A stretch of 16,841 nucleotides of DNA, from positions 1-16,841 of the forward strand of contig WJJB01000384.1 of assembly GCA_014729935.1 (NCBI GenBank). Reading direction: 5' to 3'. Numbering within the stretch: position 1 is the first letter of the stretch; every line of letters begins with the position of its first letter. A model generated the notes under the pieces. The model did not search any database. It saw only the letters and a program-made list of their open reading frames with translations, and was not told where the DNA came from. The position numbers and the translations under genes were made by a program. This document shows, in pieces, positions 1 through 6,709 of this stretch. Origin of the DNA: Candidatus Bathyarchaeota archaeon. GTDB taxonomy: Archaea; Asgardarchaeota; Lokiarchaeia; Sigyniarchaeales; Sigyniarchaeaceae.

Positions 1-32
1 CTGTTGATTACGGGAAGAGAGAGTGAAGAAAC

Positions 33-455
33 ATGGCAGAAATCAAGGATAACTTGTTGTACACGAAAACTCATCAATGGTACGATCCAGAATCGGGAAA
101 GGTAGGCATCACGGATCACGCGCAGGATCAATTGGGCGAGATCGTTTATGTTGAATTGCTGTGGGATGATGGCTTGGCTGGTACTGAAGTTAGTGCAGTT
201 ACCTACGATGGAGACGAACCCGCCAGCGATCCAATCGATGATATCTCGGTTGAAAGTCAGAAAGCGGTAGGTGATATTTATGCACCACTATCTGGCGAGA
301 TCACGTCCGTGAACGAGGATCTCATGGATGAGCCAGAAAAAGTGAATGAAGACCCTTATGGCGAGGGTTGGTTATTTACATTGGATCCATCTGATTTTGA
401 CGGTGAGAAAGGAAACTTGCTTGATGCAGCTGCCTACAAGGCATTTTGCGAGTAA
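33..455 (+). CDS. gcvH: Glycine cleavage system H protein (lipoyl carrier), with an extra acidic insertion before the lipoyl-lysine
   Basis: ATG at 33. Characteristic GcvH motifs are present: YTKTHQW, GITDHAQ, lipoyl-lysine context VESQKAVGD, C-terminal NEDPYGEGWLF and AAAYKAF. At 140 aa it is about 15 aa longer than typical. Confidence 0.9.
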   Translation: MAEIKDNLLYTKTHQWYDPESGKVGITDHAQDQLGEIVYVELLWDDGLAGTEVSAVTYDGDEPASDPIDDISVESQKAVGDIYAPLSGEITSVNEDLMDEPEKVNEDPYGEGWLFTLDPSDFDGEKGNLLDAAAYKAFCE

Positions 456-466
456 CCCTGATTCAT

Positions 467-496
467 GGAGCATTGCTCCCTCTCCTTTATTTTTTG
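467..496 (+). terminator. Hairpin GGAGC-ATT-GCTCC followed by a TTTATTTTTT run just downstream of the gcvH stop. Likely an oligo-T transcription terminator.
   Basis: Read directly from the sequence: stem at 467-471/475-479, T-run at 487-496. Confidence 0.4.
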
Positions 497-676
497 TCCA
501 CTCACCCGGTCTAGGTAAACTCCACTCTTCCTCTTTAATCTACTGAAAAACACCCACGAATCGTATGTCCGGGTTGTTTCCCTGTTCCATGGCATGAGTT
601 ACTTTTAGGCTGGCTATAATGATCGAAACGGGAGTGAATCTTTATTTACACTAAACTAATATTGAGTATAGGAATT

Positions 677-698
677 ATCCAACTGTACCAAGTTGGAT
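677..698. promoter_or_regulatory. Perfect inverted repeat ATCCAACT-gtacca-AGTTGGAT (8-bp arms, 6-nt spacer) upstream of the hypothetical gene. Candidate operator for a dimeric DNA-binding protein.
   Basis: Read directly from the sequence. It lies in the 270-nt intergenic region between gcvH and the next + strand gene. Confidence 0.3.
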
Positions 699-755
699 GA
701 CAGTATTTCTTGTGGGGCATGAGCATTGCACGTGGTAGAAATAGGTCTGTTGTAC

Positions 756-1250
756 ATGGAAAAACCTCTCGTTCGCTTGGGATTCTACCGCAGGAACGAG
801 TTACTCGACGATACCACGTCCAAGCGAATTTTCATAGCTTTATATGGGCTGTTTAGGGAGATTTTTGACGATACATTGCAGGAGCTTGATTTTGATGATT
901 ACCGGGTCTTGTTCTACGTCTTTCCCATCAAGGGGGCTCCTGCCAAGGATACCAACAAGATAGATGATGAACGCATACTGGTCTATTGCGTGCTCGATCT
1001 TGAAGGGAGGAAATCTAACAATGTATTTCGCGATACCATGAAATTGAAGATGGTTAAACTTAGTGAACTTTTCAGGAAACGATATTCTCAAGATGAATTC
1101 ATGGTTCTCGTGAAGACCCATAATTTCAAACCATTCATGAGTGACCTGATGGCAGTGTTCAAGGACCTCACGATACCTTCTACAGACAGGTTTGGTACCA
1201 TTTTCGGGAATCCGCCATACCACGAAGGCAATGGGAAAGGTTCAGAATAG
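756..1250 (+). CDS. Hypothetical protein (alpha/beta, about 164 aa), no confident family assignment.
   Basis: Long ORF in the track, which starts it at TTG 726. The first ATG, at 756 (MEKPLVRL...), is preferred. No recognisable catalytic motif. The predicted alternation of strands and helices could fit a roadblock/longin-like fold, but that is speculative. Confidence 0.5.
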   Translation: MEKPLVRLGFYRRNELLDDTTSKRIFIALYGLFREIFDDTLQELDFDDYRVLFYVFPIKGAPAKDTNKIDDERILVYCVLDLEGRKSNNVFRDTMKLKMVKLSELFRKRYSQDEFMVLVKTHNFKPFMSDLMAVFKDLTIPSTDRFGTIFGNPPYHEGNGKGSE

Positions 1251-1288
1251 AACATTCTTGATCCCCCCTGATGGTTTCTAGGACCATG

Positions 1289-1855
1289 TTACACCGGGAA
1301 GTATCCTTTCTCATGAAAGTAAAAGAAAAAGGCGTTGATCACGAGAGAATGCGTGATTATGCCATCATGAATATGCTTGAATGCCTGCCTTGGTGAAACG
1401 GTGCACGAGGATACGCGTTCGTTTGGCCCGTCGAATTCAGGTTCACCTAGTTTCTTGGCATTATCAATCAAGAACGTGTAACAGGAATGGCGGTGGATGG
1501 CTGGATTCGGGTTCACCTTCCCGATGAGCTTGGTTGATTCTCCCTTGTATCCCGTCTCCTCGTGAAGTTCCCTTTCAGCTGCAACCGAAGGTTCCTCACC
1601 TGATTCTATGATACCACCGGGTATTTCAAGCTCCACCTTGTTGGAACCAAAGCGGAACTGTCGAATGAGAACTACTTCCCCGGTTGTAGTTTCCGCTATG
1701 ATATTCACCCAATCATTGCTTCTGATGAGAAAAGTCTCGATCTCCCTTCCATCGTGTGGATTCTCAAAGATAACCTCATCAACCGAGAAAATTTTGAAAG
1801 ATCCCCTTTCCGTGGTGCCCTTTTTCTTCCAATCCCTGATCTCCATGCTATGCAT
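1289..1855 (-). CDS. Nudix hydrolase, ADP-ribose/NDP-sugar pyrophosphatase-like
   Basis: Canonical Nudix box GGIIESGEEPSVAAERELHEETGY (G-x5-E-x7-REUxEExGU). Start placed at the internal ATG (MHSMEIRDW), so it does not overlap the upstream mutase gene. It is the last gene of the minus-strand sugar-phosphate operon. Confidence 0.85.
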   Translation of the reverse strand: MHSMEIRDWKKKGTTERGSFKIFSVDEVIFENPHDGREIETFLIRSNDWVNIIAETTTGEVVLIRQFRFGSNKVELEIPGGIIESGEEPSVAAERELHEETGYKGESTKLIGKVNPNPAIHRHSCYTFLIDNAKKLGEPEFDGPNERVSSCTVSPRQAFKHIHDGIITHSLVINAFFFYFHEKGYFPV

Positions 1856-1860
1856 TCCCT

Positions 1861-3261
1861 TCAGATTGAATTCATGGCTTCCTTCACGAGCTTGATACCC
1901 CATTTCGCGAGGGCTATTGCACCTTTCATTGACTTGCTATCGGCAAAACTCCTGAATTTTGGTTCTGTTCCGGACGGTCGTATCAGGACGGAGCCCCCGT
2001 CCTTGAAAATCTTCACGCCATCTATAAGCGTTCGTCGTTCCTCGCTGGTAACTTTCTTGATGCGAGCCAAGATATCATCCTTTAAATAATTCTCCACCTT
2101 TATGGTTTCCTTGTGAAGGTGATACTTGGGAAGCTCTGCAAAAAGCTCGGACAATGGAACATTTCGCTTCACGAGAATCTTGATGATGAGTGCCAAGGCG
2201 ACGCCCCCATCACGGACGGGTTGGAATGGCGTGTAAAATATGCCGCCGTTCTCTTCCCCCGCTATCATGGCATCCAGTTCCTGCATGCGACGGGAAACGG
2301 TGATGCTACCCACCTTGGTCCATTCCAGTTTGGCACCCCTGGCGTTCACGATCTCATCCACGAGCATGGATGAGCTCACGGGGGTAACGACCCATCCCTT
2401 ATACGTTTCCAAGAGATGATTCAAGATAACTGCAAAACTCTCGTCTCCCCAATGGAACACTCCCTTGTCATCAATGAATATTGCCCTATCGCCATCTCCA
2501 TCGAACCCGATCCCGAACGATGCTCGTTCCTTGACGATTGCATCCTTCAACTGTTCCAACGATCTTGGCGTGGGTTCCGACACGCGATTGGGAAACGTGC
2601 CATCCGGTTCATCAAAGATCGATGTCACCCTCACGCCTATATCATCCAAGAGCTCCTTGAAGTAGGAACACGCGATTCCATTCCCTGGATCTACCACCAC
2701 GTGGATATCCCTGGCTCCATGGCCATCGATGGGAATGACTTCGCCGATACGTTTCCTGTAATACTTCACGATATCGGGATTGTGCTCGAGTAATCCCATA
2801 CCATTCCATTCGGGTAAACTGAACCCAGGTACCTCGTTATTGAAAATGCTCTCGATTTCACGTTCCTTGGAGGCGGGGAGCTCGATGCCGTCCCTATCTA
2901 TCACCTTGATCCCGTTGAATTCAGGGGGATTGTGGGACGCAGTGATCATGAGGCCCATGTCGAATCTTGCGGTATCCTTGATGTATTTTTGCAATGCAGG
3001 AGTCGGGGTGAAACCAGCATCTTCCACATTAACTCCAGATCCGAGGAGTCCCGCAACGAGGCCAGATTTCACCATGGCCCCGGAAACACGATAATCGGTA
3101 CCGACAAGTACCTTGCCACCTCCAAGGTAAGTTCCCATGGATTGGCCGATGCGCGTGCAAGTGGCTGGAGTGAGATCGACATTGGCGATCCCGCGTATTC
3201 CATTCGTGGTGAATTTCAATGATCTTGATTCTTGTGCTACCAAAACATGTTCACCTTTCAT
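1861..3261 (-). CDS. Phosphomannomutase/phosphoglucomutase (alpha-D-phosphohexomutase family; archaeal ManB/GlmM-like)
   Basis: Active-site serine loop TASHNPPEFNGIK, metal-binding loop GFDGDGDR, sugar-binding GEENGG, N-terminal TNGIRG. The track starts it at GTG 3288. The ATG at 3261 (MKGEHV...) lies 5 nt from the upstream gene's stop, which suggests translational coupling. Confidence 0.9.
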   Translation of the reverse strand: MKGEHVLVAQESRSLKFTTNGIRGIANVDLTPATCTRIGQSMGTYLGGGKVLVGTDYRVSGAMVKSGLVAGLLGSGVNVEDAGFTPTPALQKYIKDTARFDMGLMITASHNPPEFNGIKVIDRDGIELPASKEREIESIFNNEVPGFSLPEWNGMGLLEHNPDIVKYYRKRIGEVIPIDGHGARDIHVVVDPGNGIACSYFKELLDDIGVRVTSIFDEPDGTFPNRVSEPTPRSLEQLKDAIVKERASFGIGFDGDGDRAIFIDDKGVFHWGDESFAVILNHLLETYKGWVVTPVSSSMLVDEIVNARGAKLEWTKVGSITVSRRMQELDAMIAGEENGGIFYTPFQPVRDGGVALALIIKILVKRNVPLSELFAELPKYHLHKETIKVENYLKDDILARIKKVTSEERRTLIDGVKIFKDGGSVLIRPSGTEPKFRSFADSKSMKGAIALAKWGIKLVKEAMNSI

Positions 3262-4420
3262 CCTGTTGTTGTATGATGCGTTCGACACGTGCCTTGATTT
3301 CCTCCTGCACGTGTACCTTGTTTTTTAATTCTTCCTTGAGACCTTGAATGTAAGTTACTGGCGTGGGATCCTTTCCATTCAAAAATGCAAGGTAAATGCT
3401 CATGAAATCACCCATGTACACCAAGGAGAGCATGCGGGCGAGTCGAGAAGTCCCGCGTGCTACCAAATTAATGCATGCTGCTGCCTTTTCTTCCAGAATA
3501 CCCTTCGTGTATCTCACCCGAACACCCATGGAACCAGCCTCTTGCTTTTCATCCCGCAACAAGATGCAAGAGACGTGCATAGATACATCAGGAGCTACTT
3601 CCCATCCCACAGTCTCGTTATGATTTAGCTCTGGAAAAAAATCGTGATATGCAGGATTCTTCCCATTTTCGTTTATCTGGCCCTTCAAGCGCCGCGCAAC
3701 ACTGACCAGGCAACCATGGCCATATATTGCAATGATGGTCTTGAACACCTTCAATGCGGCTTGCTTCATGGGATTTTCGTTCACCGTGGATTCTCTACCG
3801 CATTCCGAGGCTAAAGTGTGAAGGATCGCTGATGTTTCTTCGAGCTCGGTAATGATCTTTTCCTCGGGCACGATACCCGTGCCAGCCATCAGGATGGCAA
3901 GGGCGGTGAATAAATACAGCAGGGCCGCACGGGGTTGATAGCCACTTGGCAGGTGAATGCATAATCCATTCACCCTTTCAAGGAAGGAGGCCAATAACCC
4001 CCCGGAGGTGATGCCAATGCAAGTAACTTCACGCTCGATCGCATCGGCGAAACAGCTTAATGTTTCCTCCGTGTTACCAGAATAGGATAGAAAAATACCC
4101 AAGTAATGGTTGGTAATGTAAACCGGTAATGAATAACCTCGAACGACAATAATGGGTATATCCATGGCATCTTGCAACCAATCGCGCAATAAATCTCCAG
4201 AAATTGCAGACCCACCCATGCCAACGACGAAAATACCCTTCAGTTTTCCTCTCGAGATATAATTTGATACCTTCTCGATGATTCGCGTTTTTTGAACACG
4301 GGCCATGGATTCAATGCACCAGTCCATGAATCCGGGAGATTTTTCCACGATACCAAGCATGTCTCCTGAATCGAGCTCCTTCAACCTCTTGCGATCATCA
4401 AGAATGCTGGTGAGCGTCAT
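3251..4420 (-). CDS. Bifunctional phosphoglucose/phosphomannose isomerase (SIS-domain, archaeal PGI/PMI family)
   Basis: SIS-domain signature GIFVVGMGGSAISGDLL and an SYSGNTEET-type loop. Length of about 390 aa and the overall pattern match the crenarchaeal/Thermoplasma-type bifunctional PGI/PMI. It sits immediately upstream of the phosphohexomutase. Confidence 0.75.
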   Translation of the reverse strand: MTLTSILDDRKRLKELDSGDMLGIVEKSPGFMDWCIESMARVQKTRIIEKVSNYISRGKLKGIFVVGMGGSAISGDLLRDWLQDAMDIPIIVVRGYSLPVYITNHYLGIFLSYSGNTEETLSCFADAIEREVTCIGITSGGLLASFLERVNGLCIHLPSGYQPRAALLYLFTALAILMAGTGIVPEEKIITELEETSAILHTLASECGRESTVNENPMKQAALKVFKTIIAIYGHGCLVSVARRLKGQINENGKNPAYHDFFPELNHNETVGWEVAPDVSMHVSCILLRDEKQEAGSMGVRVRYTKGILEEKAAACINLVARGTSRLARMLSLVYMGDFMSIYLAFLNGKDPTPVTYIQGLKEELKNKVHVQEEIKARVERIIQQQDER

Positions 4421-4443
4421 CAGGCAAGGAGAAAGCCGGGCAC

Positions 4444-4453
4444 GATATATTGA
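4444..4453 (-). promoter_or_regulatory. TATA-like box (minus-sense CAATATAT) centred about 28 nt upstream of the PGI/PMI ATG. There is no SD, which suggests a leaderless or short-leader transcript.
   Basis: AT-rich octamer at the expected archaeal TATA distance. Confidence 0.35.
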
Positions 4454-4468
4454 TTTCCCCCTAGTTGA

Positions 4469-5011
4469 TTACATGTAATACACAGTGGAGCTCCTGTCAA
4501 ATCCCTTGACCAGTTCAATGGAGCGAGTATCTGGGGTGAATTGGTATTCAACTGGCGCATACCGGTGCCTCGGGAAGAAATACCCGATGCCATGCTTTGC
4601 CATCAACGTTACCGGGTGATCCTCAGGGAATACTTTCCTCGATACTTCCCGCGTGATTTTCCTGCAAGTCCCCTCATCAAGGAACCCGAGAGCGTGGATG
4701 TACTCGTGTTGCAATACATGGTAAACGTATGCTTCCACGATTTCCTCTCGATCCAATTGACGGGCATTTTTGTTCCATCGTGATGCGGTTTCCCCCGTCG
4801 CCAATAATACCTGTAATGCACGCCGGTTCATGAGAATCATGGTTCCTCCCGAGAAGAACATCCCCCCGATGAAACCTCGTGAAGAAATACCCATATCCAC
4901 CAATCCCAAGCTCAATCCTGCACGCTGCCTTCCAAGGACGTGCTTGACATCCCGCTTCACCTGTTCGAATATATCAGGCATTGCCTGTTTCAATTTTCTC
5001 AAGTCCATCAT
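4469..5011 (-). CDS. Small zinc metallopeptidase-like protein with an HExxHxxGxxD motif (metzincin-like minimal protease). Family uncertain.
   Basis: HEYIHALGFLDE motif, with a possible Met-turn (VTLMAKHG) downstream. The track starts it at TTG 5029. The ATG pair at 5011/5008 (MMDLRKL) is preferred, and a TATA-like AGTTATATAC sits about 25 nt upstream. Confidence 0.55.
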   Translation of the reverse strand: MMDLRKLKQAMPDIFEQVKRDVKHVLGRQRAGLSLGLVDMGISSRGFIGGMFFSGGTMILMNRRALQVLLATGETASRWNKNARQLDREEIVEAYVYHVLQHEYIHALGFLDEGTCRKITREVSRKVFPEDHPVTLMAKHGIGYFFPRHRYAPVEYQFTPDTRSIELVKGFDRSSTVYYM

Positions 5012-5153
5012 GATGTTCGACGGTTCCAAGTATATAACTTCCCCCGTTATGTGATATCGCCACGAAATATCCCGCGGGCATGATACAAGTGCAATCTTCT
5101 TTAACCAAGAATTTAATAACTAGCTATCAACAGGACTCGAAGGTGGAAGCAAC

Positions 5154-5744
5154 ATGGTGAATGATACTTCCGTGGTAGAGATAGACAAGGCGCTTGGCGA
5201 AATTGACAAGCTTGAAGATGAAATGGTTGGCGTGCGCGAATCGCTTAAAAAACTCGATCGCCTCACGGGGATCCTCTCCGATGTTCGACGGATCCTGCAC
5301 GGTAGCAAGGATGCGATTAATCAACTAGATTTCGAACGCCGCGTGCTCGAGGAGGAGAAGAAAAAGAAGGATGAGGAGATCTCACAGCTCACGGGTGAAC
5401 AGCGAAAGATATTGGAGGAATATGACCAGATTGAATCACAGCTGAAAAAATTCCAATCTTTAGTGAGCAAATTCGAGGAAAAGGAATTTAAGTTTGAAGA
5501 CGTGAAGGCCATGCTCAGCATCTTCACGATTTTGCTCGAGGAGATATTTCAAGGACAACCCCATGCCAGGATACTTTTTACATTGCACGGTGGTGCCAGT
5601 TCCATGACACGGGACCAGCTCAAGAATGCAACCGGTATCAGTGGCGCCATGGTATTGCGGGCGGTGCATGAGCTTGATCGGGCGGACCTCGTGAAATATG
5701 ATTCAGATACCAGCGAGGTGACGCTAGTCCGCCGAATCTATTAG
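5154..5744 (+). CDS. Coiled-coil protein with a C-terminal winged helix-turn-helix. Putative DNA-binding regulator or adaptor.
   Basis: The N-terminal two-thirds is a heptad-like, charged coiled coil (EEEKKKKDEE, LEEYDQIESQLKKF). The C-terminus (ILFTLHGGASSMTRDQLKNATGISGAMVLRAVHELDRADLVKY) resembles a MarR/ArsR-like wHTH. An SD (AGGTGGA) lies 9 nt upstream of the ATG. Confidence 0.7.
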   Translation: MVNDTSVVEIDKALGEIDKLEDEMVGVRESLKKLDRLTGILSDVRRILHGSKDAINQLDFERRVLEEEKKKKDEEISQLTGEQRKILEEYDQIESQLKKFQSLVSKFEEKEFKFEDVKAMLSIFTILLEEIFQGQPHARILFTLHGGASSMTRDQLKNATGISGAMVLRAVHELDRADLVKYDSDTSEVTLVRRIY

Positions 5745-5854
5745 GATGCCACATGGTATCATTCAATGCAATTCCCGGTCCAAAATTTTTTAAACTACTA
5801 ACAAGATCTTCATGAGAGGAACATTCTTGAAATGTGCCTTAGGAGATAATCGAT

Positions 5855-6091
5855 ATGCAAGGTATTTCAGCAAGAGATTTCGAGGTTCTTTGCAAGAAGC
5901 ATAATGGATTGTGCCTGTTTTTCCAAGCAAGCACCCTCATCGCCTTCGTGCTATCCGTGATCATCATCGTGTACAATTATTTTATCAAATTGGATATGCC
6001 AATGCACGGCTTGGCATATTTACTCCTTGGCATCATCGTGACGTCATTAGTAGTCGTGATCCTGCAGAAACTCAAGTTCAAGCGTGATTAA
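5855..6091 (+). CDS. Small membrane protein with two predicted TM helices (78 aa)
   Basis: Two hydrophobic stretches (LIAFVLSVIIIVYNYFI and LAYLLLGIIVTSLVVVIL). An SD (TAGGAGA) lies about 9 nt upstream. Confidence 0.5.
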   Translation: MQGISARDFEVLCKKHNGLCLFFQASTLIAFVLSVIIIVYNYFIKLDMPMHGLAYLLLGIIVTSLVVVILQKLKFKRD

Positions 6092-6274
6092 CCTGGTGAA
6101 ACGGGTTCATTCGGCACCTACCAGCCCTTTCCTTTTTCTAATCATTTCTATAGTTTCAAGCGATTAGTTTTTATTCTAGGCAACTAAAACTCTATTTAAT
6201 ACCCTTCCCCTGCGTCCCTTGGTATCCCCGGATTGTGGTGGTAGGGTGAAAATTGCACCGTTGAGGTAATATTC

Positions 6275-6613
6275 ATGGCTAAAGACAAGACTATTGGAGC
6301 AATCATCTTGGTAGGTGCTGCCGCACTACTCGTCTTTTACACGTTCTGGTTGATCGGTGGATTCATCCAAGATAATATAGTTCCTGGGAATATCTGGGAT
6401 AAGCTAAGCTGGTTCCCCCACATACCCGGACTTCCGTGGGAGCTTGCAGTGATCATTCCGTTGTGGCTGGTGGCAGCACTCGTCCTCGCGATCGCTATCT
6501 GGATCGGTTGGAGCATGTTGACAACCCCACCACCTGTGCCACTGGAGGAGCTAGAAGAGCAGCTTGAGGCAGAGGAAGCCGAGGCAGCAGCAGCCGAGGG
6601 CGACTCAGAATAA
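6275..6613 (+). CDS. Membrane protein with two TM helices and an acidic Glu/Ala-rich C-terminal tail (112 aa)
   Basis: Hydrophobic segments GAIILVGAAALLVFYTFWLIGGF and LAVIIPLWLVAALVLAIAIWIGW. Tail PVPLEELEEQLEAEEAEAAAAEGDSE. SD GAGGT 8 nt upstream. Confidence 0.6.
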   Translation: MAKDKTIGAIILVGAAALLVFYTFWLIGGFIQDNIVPGNIWDKLSWFPHIPGLPWELAVIIPLWLVAALVLAIAIWIGWSMLTTPPPVPLEELEEQLEAEEAEAAAAEGDSE

Positions 6614-6660
6614 GCATGCACTTGCATGCCTTCCATTTTTCACCGTTTTTATTTTTTCTC
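6614..6660. terminator. Bidirectional terminator between convergent genes: hairpin GCATGC-ACTT-GCATGC followed by T-runs (TTCCATTTTTCACCGTTTTTATTTTTT).
   Basis: Read directly from the sequence. Located between the 6275 (+) and 6710 (-) genes. Confidence 0.45.
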
Positions 6661-6709
6661 CTTAACGTGCGTGCCTGATTGCAAATCTCCATGGATGGGT
6701 GGAATGATT

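Noticed and set aside
346-546. 66-aa ORF overlapping the 3' end of gcvH and its terminator
   Set aside because: Overlaps a well-supported gene in another frame and runs through the terminator hairpin. No RBS and no recognisable motifs.
455-726. Possible C/D-box sRNA or other small ncRNA in the long gcvH-downstream intergenic region, with the same check applied to 6092-6274 and 7871-8089
   Set aside because: I could not find properly spaced C (RUGAUGA) and D (CUGA) boxes, a k-turn arrangement, or any other conserved ncRNA signature. The regions are better explained as terminator plus promoter/UTR sequence.
726-755. N-terminal extensions implied by the ORF track's TTG/GTG starts. These are 726 for the hypothetical gene, 1903 for Nudix, 3288 for the mutase, 5029 for the metallopeptidase and 9366 for the tandem-WH protein.
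   Set aside because: In each case an ATG lies a few codons downstream. It removes overlaps with neighbours or fits promoter/SD spacing better. The extended forms add residues with no homology support.
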